A program made the position numbers and the translations under genes. A DNA stretch of 64,000 bases from Candidatus Gottesmanbacteria bacterium (GTDB taxonomy: Bacteria; Patescibacteriota; Microgenomatia; UBA10105; UBA927). Shown here one piece after another: positions 9,443 through 17,572 of the stretch (position 1 is its first letter; each line of letters starts with the position of its first letter). The notes under the pieces were generated by a model. The model was not told the DNA's origin. It searched no databases and saw only the letters and a program-made list of their open reading frames with translations. Where the stretch lies: positions 3,420-67,419 of the forward strand of contig JAUXTO010000030.1 of NCBI GenBank assembly GCA_030679255.1, read 5' to 3'.

Positions 9443-9625
9443 ATGAAACCTAGTGAGTTGGAGCTACGTGAAGGAGCAGCAATAGCTATTCATGTAGATG
9501 TTAAGGATGTAAAAATCATAAACGGTATACCTGAATACCGACCTGAACTGGAACCAAAAATGATGTTTGCGGGAGAGGACGAGAGGAGACCATTAACGTT
9601 ACGATCAGATGCTGATGTAATTTAA
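9443..9625 (+). CDS. Small hypothetical protein (60 aa)
   Basis: Strong SD GGAGGTG upstream of ATG 9443. Confidence 0.55.
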   Translation: MKPSELELREGAAIAIHVDVKDVKIINGIPEYRPELEPKMMFAGEDERRPLTLRSDADVI

Positions 9626-9715
9626 TGTCAAGCTGGAGCCACGGCGGGAGCTAGCCCCGCCGACGCTCCACCTTACATAAATAAAAACTTTTGTATACAA
9701 TGAAAGGAGATCATT

Positions 9716-11596
9716 ATGAAACACAATGACAACGAGTATCTCAACAACATGCGCCATAGTTGCGCGCACTTGCTTGCTCACGCAATAAAGATCCTGTATC
9801 CGGGAGCACTCAATGCCATAGGACCTGCAATAGAACACGGATTCTATCAGGATTTTGATATGGGCAAGTGGAAAATTTCTGAAGAAGATTTCCCCAAGAT
9901 TGAAGCAAAAATGCGAGAGATTCTTCCAAGGTGGGTGAAATTTAGCTTCAACGAAATATCTCTTGCAGAAGCGATACGACTATTCAAAGACAATAAGTAT
10001 AAAGTCGAAATGGCCACAGAATTTGCCGCAGGCGGCAAAAAGCTCATGACTAACGACCCGGGAGACTTTCTGGATCTTTGTAAAATGGGCCATGTCGAAA
10101 ATCCCTCCAAAGAACTCTCGAACTTCGAACTACTCTCCGTCGCCGGCGCTTACTGGCGGGGAAGCGAAAAAAATAAAATGTTGACACGGATTTACGGCAC
10201 CTGTTTCCCGACCAAAGATGAACTCGATGCCCATCTTCATCAATTGGAAGAATCCAAAAAAAGAGATCACCGTAAAATAGGTCAGGATCTGGATTTATTT
10301 TCGACAAACCCACTTACAGGACAGGGTCTTATCCTCTGGCACCCAAAGCTCTCCGTGACCCGAAATATCGTAGAACAATTTTGGAAGGCAGAACATTATA
10401 AGCGGGGATATCAGCTTGTTTATACGCCCCATATCGCAAGCATGGATATGTTTGTCAAAAGCCGTCACCTGTCCAAATACATCAATTCCATGTTTCCCGT
10501 CATGCTGCATGAGTACATCGAGGGAGAGAGTGCTCCGGATTATCAGGTCGACGAGATACTCAAACCCATGAACTGCCCCAATCATATTCAGATATACAAA
10601 CACCGGCCGCGAAGTTACCGCGAGCTACCGTTGAGGATCGGAGAACTTGGGACGGTGTACCGCTATGAACGCGCAGGAGTCCTTCATGGACTAACGAGAG
10701 TACGGGGATTTACCCAGGACGACTCACACATCTTCTGTACATCTGATCAGGTGATCGATGAGGTACGCGGGGTACTCCGGATTATGAAAGATTTTTACGC
10801 GCTGTTTGGCTTTAAGGACTATCAGGCATATATTTCCACCCGTCCGGAAAAATATCTCGGAACCCTTGAGACGTGGCACATGGCCGAAGAATCACTCAAA
10901 AAAGCGGCTGCCGACGAAGGCTTTGATTACAAAATAGACGAAGGTGAAGGGGTATTTTATGGACCAAAAATCGATATCAAAGTCAAAGACTCTATCGGCC
11001 GGGAATGGCAACTCGGTACGGTGCAGTTTGACTTTAACCAGCCATCTCAAGCGGAGACCACGGATGATGAGATCGAAGAGTTTTGGAAGCTCAAGACGTT
11101 TAAACATAAATTCAAGACTAAAGAAGCGATGGCCAAATACCTCCGGAAACTTGGACGAGGATTTAATGTAACGTATGTGGATGCCGATGGAAAAGAAAAA
11201 CAGTGCGTCATGATCCATCGAGTAATTTTCGGCTCTTTGGAACGCTTCTTTGGCATCCTCATCGAACACTACGCCGGAGCGTTTCCTGTGTGGCTTGCCC
11301 CAGTCCAAGTAGCCCTCATTCCGATAGCTGAGCGGCATAATGAAGGGGCAAAAAAGGCCCTACAGGCTCTACGGGACGCGGGGCTACGCGTGGAGCTTGA
11401 TGACCGCAATGAGTCGATGCAGGCCAAAATCAGGAATCACACATTGCAAAAAGTGCCCTACCTGGCTATAATGGGAGATCGTGAGATCCAGGGTGCAACT
11501 GTATCCGTGAGGACCAGGAGCGGCGAGGATCTCGGGGCTATGAGCCTCGAGCAATTTGTCCGCAACGTCAACGACGAGATTGAACGCAAACACTAA
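9716..11596 (+). CDS. thrS: Threonine--tRNA ligase (no N-terminal TGS domain)
   Basis: RHSCAHLL, GAYWRG, RDHRKIG, KPMNCP, GLTRVRGFTQDDSH, HRVIFGSLERF. Confidence 0.98.
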   Translation: MKHNDNEYLNNMRHSCAHLLAHAIKILYPGALNAIGPAIEHGFYQDFDMGKWKISEEDFPKIEAKMREILPRWVKFSFNEISLAEAIRLFKDNKYKVEMATEFAAGGKKLMTNDPGDFLDLCKMGHVENPSKELSNFELLSVAGAYWRGSEKNKMLTRIYGTCFPTKDELDAHLHQLEESKKRDHRKIGQDLDLFSTNPLTGQGLILWHPKLSVTRNIVEQFWKAEHYKRGYQLVYTPHIASMDMFVKSRHLSKYINSMFPVMLHEYIEGESAPDYQVDEILKPMNCPNHIQIYKHRPRSYRELPLRIGELGTVYRYERAGVLHGLTRVRGFTQDDSHIFCTSDQVIDEVRGVLRIMKDFYALFGFKDYQAYISTRPEKYLGTLETWHMAEESLKKAAADEGFDYKIDEGEGVFYGPKIDIKVKDSIGREWQLGTVQFDFNQPSQAETTDDEIEEFWKLKTFKHKFKTKEAMAKYLRKLGRGFNVTYVDADGKEKQCVMIHRVIFGSLERFFGILIEHYAGAFPVWLAPVQVALIPIAERHNEGAKKALQALRDAGLRVELDDRNESMQAKIRNHTLQKVPYLAIMGDREIQGATVSVRTRSGEDLGAMSLEQFVRNVNDEIERKH

Positions 11597-12113
11597 TCGT
11601 AAATTTTATCGCCTCAACTACCAAATCGCAGCGAGCGAGGTGCGTCTTTTGGACGAAGAGGGGAAGCAGATCGGGGTAGTGAGTAAGCTCGCGGCGCTCC
11701 AAAAAGCCAAAGAGCTGGGGCTTGATATAGTGGAAATTGCACCAAACGCGAAGCCGCCGGTAGCTAAGCTCATTGATTACAAGAAGTTTAAGTATCAGGA
11801 GGCTAAAAAAGAACGTGAGGGGCGGAAAAGTCAAAAAAATGTTGGCGTGAAGGAAATCCGGCTCAGGCCATTTATCGGACAGCATGATTTTGATACCAGG
11901 GTCGCCAAAGCAAAAGAATTTCTAAGCGATGGCAATCAGGTCAAGGTGACACTCTCTTTTAAAGGACGGGAGATGACGCGGAAAGAATTTGGATTTGCCG
12001 TCGTCAAGCGTTTTATAGAGTCACTCGAGTCGATCAAAGTCGTCCGTGAGCCTAAAGTGCTTGGGCGATATATCGAAGCCATGATCGTGAATGATAAAAA
12101 AGGATCCGTATGA
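11556..12113 (+). CDS. infC: Translation initiation factor IF-3 (true start uncertain, possibly TTG at 11580)
   Basis: EVRLLD, PPVAKLIDYKKFKY and KEIRLRP motifs; synteny. Confidence 0.95.
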   Translation: MSATSTTRLNANTNRKFYRLNYQIAASEVRLLDEEGKQIGVVSKLAALQKAKELGLDIVEIAPNAKPPVAKLIDYKKFKYQEAKKEREGRKSQKNVGVKEIRLRPFIGQHDFDTRVAKAKEFLSDGNQVKVTLSFKGREMTRKEFGFAVVKRFIESLESIKVVREPKVLGRYIEAMIVNDKKGSV

Positions 12114-12304
12114 AAATGAAAACCAAAAAAATTGCAACGAAACGGTTTCGGATGACGAAAAACGGAAAAATCATGCATCGCGTTCAAGGAGCCCGCCACA
12201 TACGGCGTACAAAAAATAAATCGCATCAGCGCCGTCAAGATCGGCCGGCACAAATTTTGACGACACGGTTTGCCAGAGTCATTCGACAGTTTTTAAGTGC
12301 CTAA
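12110..12304 (+). CDS. rpmI: 50S ribosomal protein L35
   Basis: KMKTKK.ATKRFRMTKNGK; synteny. Confidence 0.9.
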   Translation: MKMKTKKIATKRFRMTKNGKIMHRVQGARHIRRTKNKSHQRRQDRPAQILTTRFARVIRQFLSA

Positions 12305-12307
12305 TCT

Positions 12308-12658
12308 ATGAGAGTCAAACGGGGAGTTACCAGTCACGCGAAACACAAAAAGCTCATGGAGGCCAATTCGGGCTACAGGATGACCAAACGCCGCCTCGTA
12401 CGTGTCGCCAAGCAAGCGTATCTCCATGCAGGAGAACACGCCTTCGCCGGACGCAAAAATCGCAAGCGCGATATCCGGGCGCTTTGGATTACCAGAATCT
12501 CCGAAGCGGTCAAACTACAAGGTCTCTCCTATAGTTCCTTCATTTTTCAGCTCAAACAAGCCAATATTTCTCTTGACCGCAAAATCCTCGCCAATCTCGT
12601 GGTCGAAAATCCGGATACATTCACCCATATCGTTGACAACGTGCGATCCGTAAATTAA
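12308..12658 (+). CDS. rplT: 50S ribosomal protein L20
   Basis: MRVKRG, RKNRKRDIRALWITRI and LDRKILA motifs. Confidence 0.97.
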   Translation: MRVKRGVTSHAKHKKLMEANSGYRMTKRRLVRVAKQAYLHAGEHAFAGRKNRKRDIRALWITRISEAVKLQGLSYSSFIFQLKQANISLDRKILANLVVENPDTFTHIVDNVRSVN

Positions 12659-12669
12659 AATATAAATAC

Positions 12670-12741
12670 ATGACGACCCAAAAATACTTTACCTATTTCT
12701 TTTTTACCTCCAAACTTGGAGGCTCTTTGGGTTGCATGTAA
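12670..12741 (+). CDS. Phe-rich attenuator leader peptide MTTQKYFTYFFFTSKLGGSLGCM (PheM-like)
   Basis: Four Phe codons (three consecutive) between rplT and pheS, followed by a terminator. Confidence 0.8.
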   Translation: MTTQKYFTYFFFTSKLGGSLGCM

Positions 12742-12768
12742 TTAAAAATTAATTTCAAATACCCACAA

Positions 12769-12791
12769 GAACCTCCGAAAGGAGGTTTTTT
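12769..12791 (+). terminator. Attenuator terminator (pheS leader)
   Basis: AACCTCC-GAAA-GGAGGTT followed by a T-run. Confidence 0.85.
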
Positions 12792-12816
12792 AGTGGACTG
12801 AAAGGAGGTGATATTT

Positions 12817-13032
12817 ATGACAGATGTATGTGGTAGTGGACCTTGGAAAAATACTGACGCAGAAGTCATACACGCAGCGCTTTGGTTAGCCAATAGTGGC
12901 GTAAATATTGCGGGATTGTCTGACGGAGAGGTTCTTTTAACATATCAAAGTGTTCGATATCCAATCCTTCCGGATGTATATAGTGTTGATGAACAATCTA
13001 TATCTATTCGGGTCGCTGGAGAACGAAAATAA
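12817..13032 (+). CDS. Small hypothetical protein (71 aa)
   Basis: Strong SD AAGGAGGTG upstream of ATG 12817. Confidence 0.55.
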   Translation: MTDVCGSGPWKNTDAEVIHAALWLANSGVNIAGLSDGEVLLTYQSVRYPILPDVYSVDEQSISIRVAGERK

Positions 13033-13089
13033 TCGATCCTCCTTGCGACTCGATCAGGTTATTCGTACAATGAATTGAGAAGAAAAAAT

Positions 13090-14973
13090 ATGACCAACCT
13101 TATCTACATGACCGACAGTTACCGGACTGAGCTTGCCGCTCAGGTGGTGTCGTGCATCAAAAAGGGGAGCGGGTGGGAGATAGTGCTCGACCAAACGATT
13201 TTCTACCCGCAGGGGGGCGGGCAACCGTCAGACAAAGGAACGATCAAGGGAAAACAGGGGCTTGCGACGGTCAAGCATGTCCGGATGTTGGGCGATGAGG
13301 TCATCCACGAATGTGCCTTGAATGGGACAATCGATGAAAAGGAGTCGGTTGAATGTTCCATCGATTGGAATGCTCGGTACCACAACATGCGTGCCCATAG
13401 CGCGGGTCACGTCGTCCATGAAGCGGTGAGGCTCGTCGCGCCATATCTGGATCCGATTAAAGGAGAGCACGGAAAATCCGCATATATTGAGTACAAGGGT
13501 TCTCTTCCTGTCGACAAAAAACCACTTATCGAACAACAAGGTAACGACCTAATCCGACAAAATTTGACCCTTAAAACCGAATTTGTGACTCTGGACGAAC
13601 TTCAAAAGAGAGCTTCGTACATTCCTGAGCATCTTCCAAAACACAAGCCGCTTCGCATTCTTTCGGTAGGTAACTATCCACCTATTCCCGATGGGGGTAC
13701 GCAGGTAAAATCCACCGGAGAAATAGGGGAGATAACTATTACTTCAGTGGATAACGCAGATGATCACGTTCGTGTTTACTACGCAATACCTCCAAACGAA
13801 TCCGATGAAACAAAAAACGATACCTGCCAATCAGTCGACTCAACTGTATCAACATCTAGGCACGATACCGGGAATCAAGCAATCAAAGTGGATCAAATTA
13901 TGACCGCCCCGCAATTTATCGGCCTTCTCTTGGATGCTCAACGCAATGCTAAAGAATTTATTACCATTTCAGATAAATCAGCCGAAGAACTTCGATTGCT
14001 TCTTTTAGGCCCGAAAAGCGAACTTGGCCGGCTCACCAAACAAATCCGTCAAGTACCAGCCTCCGATCGAGGGAATGTCGGGGTGGTCGTCAACGAAGTC
14101 AAGAGTTCTATTATTGAGGCCATCGCCATCCACGCCGCTCATTCCACAACTTCAAAGCCTGGCTTTGATTTGAATTGGGCCGATGTAACAATCCCGGGTA
14201 TTCGACCCCCCGAAGGTCATCTGCATATTGTGTCACAGGCGATCACTGAAATCACGCGGATTTTCGAACGGATCGGCTTCACGCGCGTCCGGCACCCGGA
14301 GGTTGACTGGGATTACTATGCGTTTGAGGCGCTTAACATGCCGCCGCACCACCCGGCCCGCGACGAATGGGAAACCTTCTTCATCGACTACCCCGGCAAA
14401 CCTCCAGGCACAAGGCCTGGCCTTGAGGCTACGCGCAGGAAACAAATTGTGCTTACTCCCCACACGAGCAATGGCCAGGTGCGTGAGATGGAAAAGGGAA
14501 AGCTTCCCATCCGCATGATCAACATTGCTAAGTGTTATCGTCGTCAATCCGATGTATCCCACGTCCCGATGTTTCATCAATTTGAAGGCATGTATATTGA
14601 TAAAGGAGTCACCATCGGAGACTTGACTGGAGTATTTAATTTTTTCGTAAAAAATTACTTTGGTCCAGACCGCAATGTCCGTTTACGCCCGTTCCATTTT
14701 CAATTCACCGAGCCTTCTGTTGAAATTGATATCAACTGTGGTATTTGTCTGGGCAAGGGATGTCGATTGTGCAAAGAAGGTTGGCTTGAAATGGCTGGTG
14801 GGGGTATGGTGCACCCAAATGTACTTAAAGCTGGTGGGGTAGATCCGAGCGTCTACAGTGGTTTTGCTTTTGGATGGGGTGTTGAACGCGCCGCCATGAT
14901 GAAATCCGGCACCAAACTCGATGACATCCGATTGCTGTATAGCAATGACATTCGATTTCTCAATCAATTCTAA
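13090..14973 (+). CDS. pheS: Phenylalanine--tRNA ligase alpha subunit with N-terminal AlaX-type tRNA editing domain
   Basis: N-terminus has TIFYPQGGGQPSD, HSAGHVVH and DGGTQV; C-terminus has HPARD, PHTS, FHQFEG, FQFTEPS and GFAFGWGVER. One uninterrupted ORF. Confidence 0.93.
   Translation: MTNLIYMTDSYRTELAAQVVSCIKKGSGWEIVLDQTIFYPQGGGQPSDKGTIKGKQGLATVKHVRMLGDEVIHECALNGTIDEKESVECSIDWNARYHNMRAHSAGHVVHEAVRLVAPYLDPIKGEHGKSAYIEYKGSLPVDKKPLIEQQGNDLIRQNLTLKTEFVTLDELQKRASYIPEHLPKHKPLRILSVGNYPPIPDGGTQVKSTGEIGEITITSVDNADDHVRVYYAIPPNESDETKNDTCQSVDSTVSTSRHDTGNQAIKVDQIMTAPQFIGLLLDAQRNAKEFITISDKSAEELRLLLLGPKSELGRLTKQIRQVPASDRGNVGVVVNEVKSSIIEAIAIHAAHSTTSKPGFDLNWADVTIPGIRPPEGHLHIVSQAITEITRIFERIGFTRVRHPEVDWDYYAFEALNMPPHHPARDEWETFFIDYPGKPPGTRPGLEATRRKQIVLTPHTSNGQVREMEKGKLPIRMINIAKCYRRQSDVSHVPMFHQFEGMYIDKGVTIGDLTGVFNFFVKNYFGPDRNVRLRPFHFQFTEPSVEIDINCGICLGKGCRLCKEGWLEMAGGGMVHPNVLKAGGVDPSVYSGFAFGWGVERAAMMKSGTKLDDIRLLYSNDIRFLNQF
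14404..14431. repeat. REP family A in-frame in pheS
   Basis: Core at 14411-14425; peptide PGTRPGLEA. Confidence 0.85.
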
Positions 14974-14979
14974 CAACCT

Positions 14980-15405
14980 ATGACGGATACAGAGGTACAA
15001 GACAAAAAAATAGTCATTGTTATCAGTGCAAACTTAGCAATAGGACAAGCCGCCAACCGGGCAGCGGTCCTGGCAACTGGCCTAGCTGCTCATGTTCCGA
15101 ATATGATCGGAGTCGATCTTGCGACAAAAGATGGCAAAACACTCTTGGGCTATACGCAAATCCCGATTCCTATTCTGACGACGAAACCCGACACGTCTCT
15201 TTCGGCACTTGTCGATAAAAGCCAGGAACTAGGATGTACGGTTATTCTCTTTTTGTCCAGAGTCCAGGGAATGACGTCGTATGAAGAATATATACAATCG
15301 ATAGGCCAAACCAATTATCAAGACTTGGATATAGACGCAATTGCGCTCTACGGAGACAAAAAATCGGTGACAAAAATTACCGGCAATCTGCCGTCATTAC
15401 GATAA
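14980..15405 (+). CDS. DUF2000 family protein (peptidyl-tRNA hydrolase II-like fold)
   Basis: KIVIVI...ANRAAVLA...IPIPIL...IALYGDKKSVTKITGNLPSL pattern. Confidence 0.75.
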   Translation: MTDTEVQDKKIVIVISANLAIGQAANRAAVLATGLAAHVPNMIGVDLATKDGKTLLGYTQIPIPILTTKPDTSLSALVDKSQELGCTVILFLSRVQGMTSYEEYIQSIGQTNYQDLDIDAIALYGDKKSVTKITGNLPSLR

Positions 15406-15408
15406 ATT

Positions 15409-17496
15409 ATGAATATATTAGTACCAGATTCATGGTTGCGAGAATTCCTTATTACAAAGGCAACTCCGCAGCAAATCAAGGAATACCTCTCTTTGTGCGG
15501 TCCATCGGTTGAACGGATGCATGAGGAGGATGGGGAATTCATTTATGACATCGAGGTTACGGGCAACCGCCCGGATTCAATGTCCATAGTGGGTATCGCG
15601 CGAGAAGCGGCAGCCATCCTCCCACGCTTTGAAATTGCGGCAAAATTACAAAATGATCCCTATTCACAAAACTACGCACAAAAGGTGAGACCTTTTGAGG
15701 CTAATAATTTGACAAAAAAACTCGTTATCAAAACCGATCCGATCCTCAATCCGCGTTGGACGAGCGTCGTTATGGATAACGTGAAGGTGGGGCCGTCGCC
15801 AGTATGGCTTCAAAAACGGCTCGAGGCAACGGGGATCCGCTCGCTGAACACGATTGTCGATGTGACCAATTACATCATGCGGGCCTATGGTCAACCGGTT
15901 CATGCGTTTGACTACGACCAGGTACTGCCAAAAAATGGCGTTTCCACCATGATCCTTCGTGCCTCAAAAAAAGGAGAGCGGGTGATCACTCTCGATGGCA
16001 AAACGCACATCCTGCCCGGTGATGACATCGTCATAGAGGACGGATCAGGGAGACTTATCGACCTATGCGGCATCATGGGCGCCCAAAATTCATCGGTAAA
16101 AAGCACAACGAAAACCATTGTCCTCTTTATGCAAACGTACGAACCCACGCACATCAGAAAAACCAGCATGTCTTTGGCCCATCGAACAGAAGCAGCCGAT
16201 CTTTTTGAAAAGGGGCTCGATCCGGAACTGGTTTTGCCCTCGGTTCTCAAAGGAATTGAACTTATCGCCCAGGTTGCTGGAGGAAAAGTCTCAAGTAAAA
16301 TTTACGATATCTACCCCAAACCGTATAAATCATCTACTGTTTCCGCCTCTCGGACAAAGTCTGATGCCTACATCGGCAAACGTCTGAAAGACAAAGAGAT
16401 TGCCGATATTCTCAAACCCCTCGGTTTCCAAGCAAAAGTCACCAAAGACAGTATCACGGTCACGGTTCCCAGTTTCCGCCGGGATGTGACGATTGACGTC
16501 GACATCATCGAGGAACTGGCACGCATCTACGGCTACCACAACATCACGTCGACCCTTCCGGACACCGCCCCGCCCGTCGTTATACCCGATCAATCACTTA
16601 GTTGGGAGGAAGAAATCAAAGTGCGACTGCGCGATTGGGGATACACCGAAACCTACACCTACTCCATGATTTCCGAAGAACTTATGGATATCTTTGGATT
16701 GGACAAATCTAAAGCGTATAAAATTGCCAATCCATTATCCAACGAATGGGTCTACATGCGACCCAGCCTCTGGCCCAGCATGCTTTCTACCGTCAAACAA
16801 AACATGAATATAACACAAAATCTAAGACTCTTTGAGTTGAGTATGGTATATGATTACCGACGCGGCGATCTTCCCGACGAAAAGCCCGTTTTACTCATTG
16901 CGTGGACAGGAGATAAATTTTATGAAGCGAAGGGACTCGCGGAGGCAATTCTTGATTTGCTTGGTATCGGGATACCTGCCGAATCTGTCATCCCGGCGAA
17001 CGCCGGGATCCAGAGTACAAAAAAACTGGATCCTCGGGTCAAGCCCGAGGATGACAAGCAACTCGATTGGTACGGCGCACAACGACTATCATTTGGTAGT
17101 TTTGGATCCATCGGACTCGTTCACCAGAAATTTCTTGATGCATTACAAATTCATACACCCGTAACCATCCTGGAATTGGATGTTGCAGAGCTTGTCAAGT
17201 ATGCGCGCTCCACCAAGCAATACATCCCCATCCCAAAATATCCTGCAAGCTACGAGGACCTAGCATTCGTGTTGCCACCACAGACACCCGTCGGCCCCAT
17301 GATTGCCGCGCTCAAATCCGCACACTCATTAGTGAGCGACGTTTCACTCTTAGATCAATTTGAAACCACGACCACCTTTCACATCACCTATCTTTCATTG
17401 GAAAAAAATTTGACAACTGAAGATATCCGCCCCATCCGCGAGAAGCTCATCGCCATGGCCCAAAAGAAATTCAACGCGCAGCTCAAGACAGTGTAA
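15409..17496 (+). CDS. pheT: Phenylalanine--tRNA ligase beta subunit (lacks B2 OB domain)
   Basis: NRPDSMSIVGIARE, VDVTNY, GQPVHAFD, DIIEELARIYGY, IANPLS. Confidence 0.96.
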   Translation: MNILVPDSWLREFLITKATPQQIKEYLSLCGPSVERMHEEDGEFIYDIEVTGNRPDSMSIVGIAREAAAILPRFEIAAKLQNDPYSQNYAQKVRPFEANNLTKKLVIKTDPILNPRWTSVVMDNVKVGPSPVWLQKRLEATGIRSLNTIVDVTNYIMRAYGQPVHAFDYDQVLPKNGVSTMILRASKKGERVITLDGKTHILPGDDIVIEDGSGRLIDLCGIMGAQNSSVKSTTKTIVLFMQTYEPTHIRKTSMSLAHRTEAADLFEKGLDPELVLPSVLKGIELIAQVAGGKVSSKIYDIYPKPYKSSTVSASRTKSDAYIGKRLKDKEIADILKPLGFQAKVTKDSITVTVPSFRRDVTIDVDIIEELARIYGYHNITSTLPDTAPPVVIPDQSLSWEEEIKVRLRDWGYTETYTYSMISEELMDIFGLDKSKAYKIANPLSNEWVYMRPSLWPSMLSTVKQNMNITQNLRLFELSMVYDYRRGDLPDEKPVLLIAWTGDKFYEAKGLAEAILDLLGIGIPAESVIPANAGIQSTKKLDPRVKPEDDKQLDWYGAQRLSFGSFGSIGLVHQKFLDALQIHTPVTILELDVAELVKYARSTKQYIPIPKYPASYEDLAFVLPPQTPVGPMIAALKSAHSLVSDVSLLDQFETTTTFHITYLSLEKNLTTEDIRPIREKLIAMAQKKFNAQLKTV
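15676..15703. repeat. REP family A variant in-frame in pheT
   Basis: GCACAAAAGGTGAGACCTTTTGAGGCTA; same flanks as family A; second copy at 38170-38200. Confidence 0.7.
16987..17055. repeat. Family C palindromic element in-frame in pheT
   Basis: GTCATCCCGGCGAACGCCGGGATCCAG...CTGGATCCTCGGGTCAAGCCCGAGGATGAC; 69 nt. Confidence 0.85.
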
Positions 17497-17506
17497 TGCA
17501 AATTTT

Positions 17507-17564
17507 GTCATCCCCGACCCGCTTCGCCGGAGCGTCAGCGAGGCGAGCGTACGCCGGAAATGAC
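17507..17564. repeat. Family C/D element between convergent pheT and PBP genes
   Basis: GTCATCCCCG...CCGCTTCGCCGGAGCGTCAGCGAGGCGAGC...CCGGAAATGAC. Confidence 0.75.
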
Positions 17565-17572
17565 ATACTTTA

